Positions 11,939 to 22,103 of a stretch of DNA of 64,000 nucleotides are shown piece by piece. Positions within the stretch are counted from its first letter, which is position 1. Each line of letters starts with the position of its first letter. The notes under the pieces were generated by a model. The model did not search any database. It saw nothing but the letters and a program-made list of their open reading frames with translations, and had not been told where the DNA came from. The stretch comes from Hyalangium minutum (GTDB lineage: Bacteria; Myxococcota; Myxococcia; Myxococcales; Myxococcaceae): positions 177,237 to 241,236 of the forward strand of contig NZ_JMCB01000018.1 in the NCBI RefSeq assembly GCF_000737315.1. Direction: 5' to 3'. A program made the translations under genes and the position numbers.

Positions 11939-13854
11939 GCCAGGACGACGCACTGCCCTCGCGCCTGGAGCGGGGCATGGAGATGCTGCCCGCGCTCGCC
12001 GCGCTCGCTCTCCACGCGCTGGCCCACGAGCGCTGGCTGCTGTGCATCCCCGCCGCCGTCGTGCTCGCCACCGGGCTGATCCTCGGCAAGCAGCCTCGTT
12101 ACTCGTCCCCGCTGCTGTTGATCTCCGCGCTCGGGGGAGGCGTGGTCGGGTTCGTGCTGAGCGGACTGTGGCCGGTGCCCGCTCCCATCCCCCCCGCTTT
12201 CATGGGCCCGCTGTGCGGCGCCCTGGTGGCGCTGACCACCCTCTGTGCCCTCTGCGGCCGGCGGGTCTACGCCCTCACCTATGCCCTGCTCCTGTCGTCG
12301 CTGAGCGTCACCGTCCGGGGCGGCGCCCCCGTGTACGTGGGCATGGCGGCCGTCATCTTGAGCCTCCTGGCCCTCGCATTCTTCAGAGGGCGCATCGGCC
12401 AGGCAGGGCTCACGGGAGGACTGAGCTTCGGCGTCTTCGCGCTCGTGGTGCTCGGGGTGGCCTTCGGCCTGTGGCGCTTCGTGCGCGCCAGCGAGGGCGT
12501 GCTGACGGACACCGTCTTCCGGATGATGTCGAGCATGTCGCCCAGCTCGGGCCTCGCCTTGCAGTCGGAGATCCCTCTCGAGCGCCAGGGAAGCATGCCC
12601 GACACCGATCTGCTCCTCCTGGAGCTGCGGGGCGACGAGGTCCAGCGGCTGAGGACCTCCGTGTTCGACGTCTTCAATGGGACTCGGTGGATGACGTCGC
12701 CCCCGTTGGAGCAGACCCGGCTCACACTGCCCAAGCCCGCGCCCGGAGAAGCGCAGCGCACCACCGAGCTCACCCTGCAACAATCCTTGCGCAACCAGCT
12801 CCCGGCCCCCGCTGGCACCTACTCGGTCGAGGGTGTCGAGGTCCGGGTGGTAGGAGGCTGGACGCTGCGTGCGGAGGGGCGCAGTGGAACCACCCTCACC
12901 CTGCGCTCCTCGGCGCGGGAACAGCTCCCCCCCGAGCCTCCGCCCACGGAGCTCCTCACCTCCCTGCCTCCCGCGCTGAAGGAGGAGCTGGCGCCGCTGG
13001 CGGAACAGCTCACCCGCGGCGCCACCACCTCCCGGGCCCGCGCCGAAGCTCTGGAGGCATGGTTCCGCGACAACTACGAGTACTCGCTGTCCGTCGATCT
13101 GCGCGGTGAGGGAAGCCCGTTGGCCGTACTCATCCGCGAGAAACGGGCCGCCTGGTGCACCTACTTCGCTAGCGCCATGGCGGCGCTGCTGCGCGCCCAA
13201 GGCATCCCCGCGCGGCTGGCCGGTGGCTTCGTGCCTCAGGAGAAAAACCCCTACTCGGACGCCTTCCTCGTGCGCTCCCGGGATGCACACGCATGGGTCG
13301 AGGTCTATCTCGAGGAAGAGGGCCGCTTCGTTCCCTTTGATCCGACCCCGTGGCGCAGCCGGGAAGCGCTGATGGCGCAGAAGGCACCGGGCCAACTCGG
13401 AGCCGCGTGGCAGGCCTTCACCTCGGCCTTCCGGCGTGGGCTCGCGCGCCTGTGGAACTCCCCTTCAGAAGCCCTCTCCGGGGTGGCGAGTTCCCCGGTG
13501 ACGTGGCTGCTGGTGCTCGCTGGGCTGGCCTGGCGGCTGCTGGCGCGCTACCGGAGAGGCCGCGTCTCCCAGGCCCGAGCAGCCTTGCGCGGAGAGAGCC
13601 CCGCTCTCGCCGCAGCCTACGCTCGCTACCTCCGGGCGATGAAGCGGGGCGCGGGCCTCATTCCCAGCCCCACCGAGACCGACGAGGAGCTGCTGCACCG
13701 CCTGCGCACCACCCGCGGAGACCGCGCCGGCTCCCTGGCCGAGGCCTTCCTCACCCGTTACCGGCAGGCGCGCTATGGCGGCGCCCCCGTCGATGGGGCC
13801 TCGCTCGGGGGTCTTACCGCGGAGCTGGAGCGCCACCTCCGTCAGGAGCGGTGA
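11935..13854 (+). CDS. Membrane-anchored transglutaminase-like (TgpA-type) protein
   Basis: About 6 N-terminal TM helices; catalytic triad motifs WCTYFASAM, HAWVE and FDPTP. ATGA overlap with the DUF58 gene. Confidence 0.9.
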   Translation: MSQDDALPSRLERGMEMLPALAALALHALAHERWLLCIPAAVVLATGLILGKQPRYSSPLLLISALGGGVVGFVLSGLWPVPAPIPPAFMGPLCGALVALTTLCALCGRRVYALTYALLLSSLSVTVRGGAPVYVGMAAVILSLLALAFFRGRIGQAGLTGGLSFGVFALVVLGVAFGLWRFVRASEGVLTDTVFRMMSSMSPSSGLALQSEIPLERQGSMPDTDLLLLELRGDEVQRLRTSVFDVFNGTRWMTSPPLEQTRLTLPKPAPGEAQRTTELTLQQSLRNQLPAPAGTYSVEGVEVRVVGGWTLRAEGRSGTTLTLRSSAREQLPPEPPPTELLTSLPPALKEELAPLAEQLTRGATTSRARAEALEAWFRDNYEYSLSVDLRGEGSPLAVLIREKRAAWCTYFASAMAALLRAQGIPARLAGGFVPQEKNPYSDAFLVRSRDAHAWVEVYLEEEGRFVPFDPTPWRSREALMAQKAPGQLGAAWQAFTSAFRRGLARLWNSPSEALSGVASSPVTWLLVLAGLAWRLLARYRRGRVSQARAALRGESPALAAAYARYLRAMKRGAGLIPSPTETDEELLHRLRTTRGDRAGSLAEAFLTRYRQARYGGAPVDGASLGGLTAELERHLRQER

Positions 13855-13887
13855 GCCCCGCTCCCCCTCGAGCAGGGGCACCACCCC

Positions 13888-13933
13888 AACCCGAGCCCTC
13901 CGTGGCGTCTCAGATGACTCGGGGTTTCTTTTT
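13888..13933 (+). terminator. Possible terminator between convergent genes
   Basis: AACCCGAG...CTCGGGGTT stem followed by TTTCTTTTT; the loop is long. Confidence 0.3.
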
Positions 13934-13937
13934 GTCC

Positions 13938-15761
13938 TCAGCGGGCGGGAGCCGCCGGCACCGGGGCGGCCTTCTGCTGGACCACCCAGGCCTTCACCCG
14001 GCTCTCCAGGATGGACAGCGGCAGTGCGCCGGAGCCGAGCACCACATCGTGGAAGGCGCGCACATCAAAGCGCGGCCCCAGCTCGGCGGCGGCGGCGGCG
14101 CGCAGCTCCTGAATTTTCAGTGCGCCCATTTTGTACCCGAGCGCCTGGCCCGGGTTGACGATGTAGCGATCCACCTCGACGACGATGTCGTTCTCGGGCT
14201 CGCCGGAGTTCTCGCGGAAGAACGCGAGAGCCTGGTCGCGGGTCCACCCCTTGGAGTGGAGGCCGGTGTCCACCACGAGCCGGATGGCGCGGAGCATCTC
14301 CGAGGCCAGCCCGCCAAACCGGGCATAGGGATCCTGGTACACGCCGAGCTCTTCCCCGAGCGACTCGGCATACAGGCCCCAGCCCTCGACGTAGGCGCCG
14401 TAGTGGCCATGGCGGCGGAACTGGGGCACCTCTCCCTGCTCCTGCGCGAGGGCAATCTGGAAGTGGTGGCCGGGCACGGCCTCGTGGAGCACGAGCGCGT
14501 CGGCGGACCACCGGGGGCGCGAGGGCAAGTCATAGGCGTTCACGAAGAAGATGCCGGCGCGGCCCGCCTCTACGGAGCCCGGGTTGTAGTAGCCGGCGGG
14601 CACGGTCTTCTCGGAGAACTCGGGCACGGGGCGGATGCCGTAGGTGAGCCGCGGCAGCTTGCCGAAGAGCTTGGGCAGCTCGGGATCGATGCGCTTGGCC
14701 AGATCGCGGTACGTCATGAGCAGCTCCTGGCGCGAGCCGAAGGTGAAGCGCTTGTCCGTGAGCAGGTAGCGCGTGAACTCCGGCAGCGTGCCCTTGAACT
14801 GGGCGGCGGCCTTCACCTTCTCCATCTCGGCACGGATGCGCTTCACCTCGGAGAGGCCGATCGCGTGGATGGCGTCCGGGGAGAGCTCCGTGGTCGTCAT
14901 CTCCTTCACCCGGTAGGCGTACCAGGCCTGGCCGTCCGGGAGCGCGGACATGGAAATCGCCTCGCGAGCGCGAGGGGCGTACTCGGATTCGAAGAAGACC
15001 AGCAGCTTGCGGTAGGCAGGCAGCACGGCCTCGCCGATGGCAGCGGTGACTTCGGCGCGCAGCCGGGCCTCTTCGGGCTTGAGCGAGGGCGGGAGTCCCT
15101 CGAAGAGCGCGCTGACGATGGGGCTCTTCTCCGGCGAGTCGACGATCTGATTGCGGATGAGGCCGGCCACGTCGCGCAGGGTGACCTTGGGCGGGGTGAC
15201 TCCCGCTTCGAGGCCCTTGCGCATGAGCGCGATGGCCTGATCGACCAGGGTGGGCACGGCGCGCAGGCGCTTCACGAAGTCCTGGAAGTCCTTCACGTTG
15301 CGCTTGGGCACGGCCTGGGCGACCTGGGCCATCATGTCGTGGATGCCGCCGAGCTGGCTGATCTGGACATACTCCTCGGGGAAGCGCTGGCCCTCGACGG
15401 CCATCTCCGCGTTCAGGCGGAAGAGGTCGTAGTCGAGCTGGCGAGGCTCGGACAGGCGCGAGCGGTCAAAGCCCTTGAGGCGCTCGAGCAGCTCGCGGGC
15501 ATGCTGCTTGTGACGCTCGATGGCCTCGAGGGACATGTCGTCCAGCTGGTCGTTGTAGCGGAGGTCGCCCACGAAGGTGGCGAAGAGGGGCGACTCGCGC
15601 AGGTCATACTCCCACTCCTCGTCCAGGAGCGCGGCGAAGCGTGCATCTTCGGGAGAGGCGGCAGGAGCGGCGCTGGAAGCCGAAGCCGAAGCCGTGGAGG
15701 ACGAAGTGGCGCATGCCGAGACGAGCAGCCCAAGCAAGAGCAGCGCAGTACGGGTCTTCAT
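13938..15761 (-). CDS. DUF885-family lipoprotein
   Basis: Lipobox LVSAC; LHEAVPGHHFQ, YVEGWGLYAE, IRLVVDTGLH and PGQALGYKMG motifs. Start at ATG 15761. Confidence 0.9.
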   Translation of the reverse strand: MKTRTALLLLGLLVSACATSSSTASASASSAAPAASPEDARFAALLDEEWEYDLRESPLFATFVGDLRYNDQLDDMSLEAIERHKQHARELLERLKGFDRSRLSEPRQLDYDLFRLNAEMAVEGQRFPEEYVQISQLGGIHDMMAQVAQAVPKRNVKDFQDFVKRLRAVPTLVDQAIALMRKGLEAGVTPPKVTLRDVAGLIRNQIVDSPEKSPIVSALFEGLPPSLKPEEARLRAEVTAAIGEAVLPAYRKLLVFFESEYAPRAREAISMSALPDGQAWYAYRVKEMTTTELSPDAIHAIGLSEVKRIRAEMEKVKAAAQFKGTLPEFTRYLLTDKRFTFGSRQELLMTYRDLAKRIDPELPKLFGKLPRLTYGIRPVPEFSEKTVPAGYYNPGSVEAGRAGIFFVNAYDLPSRPRWSADALVLHEAVPGHHFQIALAQEQGEVPQFRRHGHYGAYVEGWGLYAESLGEELGVYQDPYARFGGLASEMLRAIRLVVDTGLHSKGWTRDQALAFFRENSGEPENDIVVEVDRYIVNPGQALGYKMGALKIQELRAAAAAELGPRFDVRAFHDVVLGSGALPLSILESRVKAWVVQQKAAPVPAAPAR

Positions 15762-15904
15762 GGGCGGCGGACTCTGGCACAGCTCCCCCTGGCCGAGAGG
15801 GTCCATCCATCGTCCCAGGGAATCCAAGCACTTAGGCGGTTTCACGGAGCGTGCTTCTCTGGCTGCTCTCTCGCCAGCCGACGCCGTGCGGCTAGACTCG
15901 CCGC

Positions 15905-17827
15905 ATGGACGTTCAGCCCCCTCTGGGGGTCTCTCAGCGTGGGGCGGCACACCGACGGCTCGCGGCCGTAGGCATCGCCCTGGTCGTCGCCGCCGTTGGG
16001 CTGGTCTCGGTTCGCTCTCAAGGTGCGCCTGGGGAGCCTGCTCCGCCGCCACCTCCCGCCGAAGCACTGAAGGTGCCCGCTGCGGAACCGCCCGCGGATC
16101 GGGACGCGGTGAGGCTCGCGGCGGCCCGGACCATCGCGCGTGCGCTGGCGCCCTTGCCCTCGCGGCGACTGCCCGAGCCCTCGCGGCAGGACCAGGAGCT
16201 CTTCAAGCTGGCCACCGTGCTCAAGGCCCCGGGTAGCGTCATCGAGAATCCGTGCACCGAGTGGGCGGGCCCGTTCTGCGCGCGCAGCTCGCTGGATCCA
16301 TTCTTCACCTCGCTGGACAACCTTCGCGCGGGAAGCGCGGCTTCGAGAGTGACAGTGGCGGCGTTCGGCAACTCGCTGATCGCGGCGGACCGCATCGTGG
16401 ACGTCGTCCGGGATGATCTGATGAACCTGTTTGGGAACGGGGGCCGGGGGCTGCTCCTGGTGGACCGGATCGCGGACTACGGCGCGAGGGTCCGCACGGG
16501 CACGTCAGCGGACGGGTGGCAGGTGTACACGGTGGGGGACGTCAAACCCTCTCCCGTGCCCATCGGGCTCTCGGGGGTGGTGCACGTCTCGAATGCGCCG
16601 CGAGCGCGCTCGCGCTTCGCCATCAAGGGCGAGACGCAGGGCTCCCTCTTCTGGCTGGACAAGGGAGCGGGCCCGATCGAGCTGCGCGTGGATGGCAAGC
16701 CGCTGGTGCAGACCGAGCCGAAGAATGACGGCCACTCACAGCTCACGGAGTTCACGCTGCCGGAGGGCGCGAAGACGCTGGAGCTCATCGCTCACAAGAA
16801 GGGCACGATCATCCAGGGCCTGGTGCTGGATCGTCCGGGAGCGGGGCTGGTGCTGGACACGCTGGGAGTGCCGGCAGCGGACGCGAGCCTCTTCCTCACG
16901 GCGGATGAAGAGGCGGTGACGCAGCAGCTCGGCACGCGGTCTCCGGCGCTGGTGCTGATCATGCTGGGAGGCAACGAGGTGAAGAGACTGCAGTGGAAGC
17001 GCTCGACGATGGACAAAGTGGAGCGCGACCTGCACGGGTTCATCCAGCGCGTGAAGCTGGGCTCTCCCACCTCGGCGTGCCTGCTGGTGGGGCCGCTGGA
17101 TGCGGTGCTGGGCCCGGACGCGTCGAAGCCATTCCAGCAGCGGGCCGACCTGCTCGAAGTCATCGAGCTGGAGCGAAAGATCGCACTGGCCGAGGGCTGT
17201 GCGTTCTTCGACTTGTTCGCGGCGATGGGAGGCACGGGTTCGCTGCAGCGCTTCCACACCAAGGGGCTGGTGCACGACGATCTGGTGCACCCGCGAGGCA
17301 AGGGGCTGGACCTGCTGGGAGCGCTGATCTCGGACGCACTGCTGAAGTCCTGGTCGGAGACGCCGCGCGCCGAGCAGCCCGAGGCGCTGGTGGCGGCCTG
17401 GACCACGCTGCTGGGCGGAGCCCCCCTCTCCAACGAGGTGGATCCCTGGAGGCGGGCCCCACCGGTGGCGCTCATTCCAGGCGATCCGAAGGATCCGATG
17501 GCGGGAGGCATCCAGCGGCTGCTCGCGGCGGCGAGGGCCTGGACGCCGCGCTCGGAGGAGGCGCGCTGGCTCGTGCTGGACTCGGGGACTGCGCAGCCGC
17601 TGCCCCAGCCGCTGGCGAAGGACGGACTGGCGACGCTGCGCTGTGCCTCGCTGGTGCCCGCGAGCAACCTGGCTTGGGAAGGTGAGCCTTGCCTCCCGGT
17701 GACGCTGCCTCCCCTGCCCGAGGACCTCCAGGATCCGATGGATCGCGGTGGGACGGTGGGGGCCTGGCTGCTGGCGGAGCTGGTCCGGCAGGACTCGATG
17801 CTCACGACGGCGGAGAGCACGCCCTGA
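15905..17827 (+). CDS. Membrane-anchored SGNH/GDSL-type esterase or acyltransferase
   Basis: N-terminal TM; block I FGNSL, block III LGGNE, block V DDLVHP. Confidence 0.8.
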   Translation: MDVQPPLGVSQRGAAHRRLAAVGIALVVAAVGLVSVRSQGAPGEPAPPPPPAEALKVPAAEPPADRDAVRLAAARTIARALAPLPSRRLPEPSRQDQELFKLATVLKAPGSVIENPCTEWAGPFCARSSLDPFFTSLDNLRAGSAASRVTVAAFGNSLIAADRIVDVVRDDLMNLFGNGGRGLLLVDRIADYGARVRTGTSADGWQVYTVGDVKPSPVPIGLSGVVHVSNAPRARSRFAIKGETQGSLFWLDKGAGPIELRVDGKPLVQTEPKNDGHSQLTEFTLPEGAKTLELIAHKKGTIIQGLVLDRPGAGLVLDTLGVPAADASLFLTADEEAVTQQLGTRSPALVLIMLGGNEVKRLQWKRSTMDKVERDLHGFIQRVKLGSPTSACLLVGPLDAVLGPDASKPFQQRADLLEVIELERKIALAEGCAFFDLFAAMGGTGSLQRFHTKGLVHDDLVHPRGKGLDLLGALISDALLKSWSETPRAEQPEALVAAWTTLLGGAPLSNEVDPWRRAPPVALIPGDPKDPMAGGIQRLLAAARAWTPRSEEARWLVLDSGTAQPLPQPLAKDGLATLRCASLVPASNLAWEGEPCLPVTLPPLPEDLQDPMDRGGTVGAWLLAELVRQDSMLTTAESTP

Positions 17828-19962
17828 TGCGGTTCCTTCACTCGAAGCTCCTCCCGCGTGTGCTCGTCACGCTGGGACTCCTGTTGTCCACGGCGGTGGC
17901 GGCACAGGCGAAGAGCAAGCCCGTACCCCTGGAGCTCCCACCGGGCACGCAAGCGCTCCCGCCCGAGGTGACGCGCGTCCTGGAGGCGCGGATCCGCGAA
18001 CAACTGGAGGGCCGCCAGCTCGGCGGGCTCTCAGTAGGCGTGGTGCGGGGAGACGAGGCGTGGACGGCGGGCTTCGGCTTCCGGAACGTGGAGCGGCGGC
18101 TCAAGGCGACGCCGAGGACCACGTACCGGATGGCCTCGGTGTCCAAGTCCTTCACGGCGATCACGGTGATGCAGCTGGTGGAGGCGGGCGAGGTGTCGCT
18201 CGACGATGACATCCGCAAGTGGGTGCCGGACTTCCCGGAGAAACCGTGGACGGTGACGGTGCGGCAGTTGCTGGGGCACCTGGGCGGGATCAGCCACTAT
18301 AAGGACCCGGCGAAGGACAACCGGCTGACCAAGCGGATGAGCACGGCGGAGGCGCTGGCGATCTTCAAGGACTGGCCGCTGGTGGTGGAGCCGGGCACCG
18401 AGTACGTCTACACCTCGTATGGATTCAACCTGCTCGCGGCGCTGGTGGAGAACGTGTCCCAGCAGCCGTTCGGGACGGTGCTGCAACAAAAGGTGTTCGG
18501 CCCTGCGGGGATGACGCACGCGGCGCTGGATGACTTCCGGACGCGGGATGGCTGGCAGGCGGTGGGCTATCGCGTGGGGCCTGGAGGGCTGGCGCACTCG
18601 CACAAGCTGGATCTGTCGTCGCGGTTCGGCGGAGGCGGGGCACGGGCTTCGGTGGTGGACATGCTGGCGTTCGGGCGGGCGGTGGTCGCAAGCACACTGG
18701 TGAAGCCCGAGACGACCCGGATGATGCAGGTGTCGATGGAGACGCGGGACGGGCGGCTGACGGACTACGGGATGGGGTTCGCGACGTACCCGGTGCGAGG
18801 CCACTACGTGGTGGCGCACGCGGGCGGACAGCCGGAGACGAGCACGTTCCTGCTGATGCTCCCGGCCGAGCACGTGGTGATCGCGCTGGCGACGAACGTC
18901 GAGGGCCAGGACGATCTGCTGCGGGACATCTACGGCTCGCTGCTCGAGGTGCTGCTGGAGGGCGGAGCTCGGCGGCGCCCGGTGCATTCGACGGCGACGG
19001 AGGACGAGGTGCTCCACGAGGCCCTGTTCCGGATGTACTCGTATGGTCGGGCCTTCCACACGTTCCAGCGAGAGGGCTTCGGCCAGCCGGTGGAGCCGGG
19101 AGATCTTCCGAGCGCCTTCGCCGAGGTATCGAAGCTGCTGTCGCGAGAGAACATCGCCGCGGACCCGAGGGCGGCGCAGAAGCAGGTGAAGCAGTCTCAC
19201 CACCCGAACGCCGGGCGGCTGTTCATCCGGGTGGGCATGCAGATGGCGGAGCGGATCGCCGCCGCGTTCGGGCCCGAGGCGCTGAACGCCTATCCGGCGG
19301 AAGGAGCGCTGGGCTTCTTCGACCAGTACTTGAGGGCCTGTGAGAAGGAGAACTGCCCCGAGCCGCTGCGGTTCTCTCCGGGGCTGCGAGCGGACATCGC
19401 GAGGCTGGTGGGGCCGTGGCGAAAGGCGAACGCGCCGGAGTTCCGAACGCTGCTGCTGCGGACGACGCCGGATCTGAATGTGGCGCTGTCGGCGCTGGAG
19501 CGTGCGTTTCAGGACGCGCCGGTGCATCCGGACTACTCGGAGGAGCTGATTGCGCTGGCACAGGCGCCGAAGACGGCCCCGGACCAGGCGGCGCGGTTGC
19601 TGGACTGGGCGGTGAAGTACCACCCGGGCTCGATCCCGACACTGCTGGCGCGGGCGGATGCGTTCCTGGTGGCGGGAGACGCCGAGGCGGCGGAGCTGCT
19701 CTACCGGAGGGCCCTGGAGCGGCCAGCCGGGCCGGATGTGCTCTCGCCGGAGAAGCTGCTGGCGCGAGCGAAGCGCCATCCACAGGCGCTCGATGTACTG
19801 CGGCTGGCGGTAAAGCTGCACCCGAGTGCGGCGTCGTTGTGGCAGGCCCTGGCGGCTCGGGAGCAGGAGATGGGTGACCCCAAGGAAGCCCGGGCGGCGC
19901 TGGAGCGGGTGAAGGAGCTGACGCCCTCCCCTCCCATGCTCCAGAGCACACCTACGCCGTAG
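17827..19962 (+). CDS. Beta-lactamase-family serine hydrolase with a helical/TPR-like C-terminal extension
   Basis: Signal peptide; SVSK (SxxK), YTSYG and HAGG motifs. TGATG coupling to the upstream gene. Confidence 0.88.
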   Translation: MRFLHSKLLPRVLVTLGLLLSTAVAAQAKSKPVPLELPPGTQALPPEVTRVLEARIREQLEGRQLGGLSVGVVRGDEAWTAGFGFRNVERRLKATPRTTYRMASVSKSFTAITVMQLVEAGEVSLDDDIRKWVPDFPEKPWTVTVRQLLGHLGGISHYKDPAKDNRLTKRMSTAEALAIFKDWPLVVEPGTEYVYTSYGFNLLAALVENVSQQPFGTVLQQKVFGPAGMTHAALDDFRTRDGWQAVGYRVGPGGLAHSHKLDLSSRFGGGGARASVVDMLAFGRAVVASTLVKPETTRMMQVSMETRDGRLTDYGMGFATYPVRGHYVVAHAGGQPETSTFLLMLPAEHVVIALATNVEGQDDLLRDIYGSLLEVLLEGGARRRPVHSTATEDEVLHEALFRMYSYGRAFHTFQREGFGQPVEPGDLPSAFAEVSKLLSRENIAADPRAAQKQVKQSHHPNAGRLFIRVGMQMAERIAAAFGPEALNAYPAEGALGFFDQYLRACEKENCPEPLRFSPGLRADIARLVGPWRKANAPEFRTLLLRTTPDLNVALSALERAFQDAPVHPDYSEELIALAQAPKTAPDQAARLLDWAVKYHPGSIPTLLARADAFLVAGDAEAAELLYRRALERPAGPDVLSPEKLLARAKRHPQALDVLRLAVKLHPSAASLWQALAAREQEMGDPKEARAALERVKELTPSPPMLQSTPTP

Positions 19963-19976
19963 CAACCCGCGTGGGG

Positions 19977-20850
<874 letters not shown>

Positions 20851-20939
20851 CGTAAACGTTCGGTGGCCCGGTCGAATGAGGCCCGCCTCGTGGTCCTCTT
20901 TCACGCCTTGTGCGAGAATGCAGGCTCCCGGAGGGCCTT

Positions 20940-21428
20940 ATGACGAACAGCCAGTTCGACCTTCAGAAGCTCCAGGTGGCGTCGCCCTGTTACGAGCGAT
21001 GGGACCGAATGAAGGGGGATGACCGGGTCCGCCACTGCGCCAGCTGCAAGCTCAACGTCTACAACGTGAAGGAGCTCACGGCCGCCGAAGTCGAAGCGCT
21101 GGTCATGCGCACCAACGGCCAGCTCTGCATGAGGCTTTACCGCCGCTGGGACGGAACCCTGCTCACGCGTGACTGCCCCGTGGGCCTGCAGCGCGCCCGG
21201 ATGCGGGTGGCCGCCGCCATGGCCACCGCCGCCGCCTTCGTGGCCGTGCTGCTCTTCCCCGTCCTGGTGAAGCTTGGCGCCCAGGAAGCCCCCCTGGAGC
21301 ACCTCACCTTCGAGGAGCGCCTCGATGAGCTCCGGTGGAAGACCTACGACTGGCCCGTGATCGGCTTCGTGATGGAGAAGGTCTACCCTCCCCCACGCGC
21401 CACCATGGGCGTCATCCGAGCCCCCTGA
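20940..21428 (+). CDS. Hypothetical membrane protein with an N-terminal Cys-rich domain
   Basis: PC..WD.M.GDDRVRHC.SC...VYN...C pattern, one TM helix, GGAGG RBS before ATG 20940. Confidence 0.75.
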   Translation: MTNSQFDLQKLQVASPCYERWDRMKGDDRVRHCASCKLNVYNVKELTAAEVEALVMRTNGQLCMRLYRRWDGTLLTRDCPVGLQRARMRVAAAMATAAAFVAVLLFPVLVKLGAQEAPLEHLTFEERLDELRWKTYDWPVIGFVMEKVYPPPRATMGVIRAP

Positions 21429-21455
21429 GCGCCGCCCCCGAGGCCGTGCCGGGGC

Positions 21456-22103
21456 TCATTCCTCGGACTTCTGCCCCACGAATTGGTCGTCCTTCTCACG
21501 GAACAGGATGTTGAAGCTCGTCAGCGAGCCGTAGACGCGGGTGATGTAGCTCTGCATCTCCACCTTCTCGGCGTCCGACAGCTTCGGGTGCGCGTTGAGC
21601 TTCTGCTCCAGCGTGCGCAACCTGTCTCTCACCATCACCACCTTGTGAAACAGGCTGTCGATGGGCAGGTCCTTGGCCTGCAGGTCCGTCTTGCCAGGGA
21701 TGAGCCGCAGCGTGCCGCCTTCCCACTTGCCCGCCAGGGGCGGCGCCTCGGTCTCGCCAGCGGCCTCCCGGAAGATCTCCATCAGCTCTTCACGCGTCAT
21801 GTTCAGGTCTCCAAGGTCGACGATCTCGTTGGGGTCACTCTTGCGCCGCACCACGGGCGCCACGCTGCGCGCGGCCCGAGCCCGCGCGGACGGCTCGGCC
21901 TGGGGCACCGTCACTCCGCCACGGGGCGCAAACTTGTCACAGATGGGCGCAGAGGGCGGGAACAGCCCTCGTCCTGGGTAGATGCGGCACGGCCCCACCC
22001 ACCCGCGGTGGTCTACCGAGTGCGCACTCCACAGCTTGCAGTTGCCACAGACCTTCTCCTGCGGCTGGAAGACGGGAAGCTCGGGCGTGGGAGTGTCCGC
22101 CAT
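21456..22103 (-). CDS. Conserved hypothetical protein (N-terminal 4-Cys motif, C-terminal coiled coil)
   Basis: CGNC..C..C pattern; host-like codon bias; the start ATG overlaps the stop of the S46 gene (TGATG). Confidence 0.75.
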   Translation of the reverse strand: MADTPTPELPVFQPQEKVCGNCKLWSAHSVDHRGWVGPCRIYPGRGLFPPSAPICDKFAPRGGVTVPQAEPSARARAARSVAPVVRRKSDPNEIVDLGDLNMTREELMEIFREAAGETEAPPLAGKWEGGTLRLIPGKTDLQAKDLPIDSLFHKVVMVRDRLRTLEQKLNAHPKLSDAEKVEMQSYITRVYGSLTSFNILFREKDDQFVGQKSEE

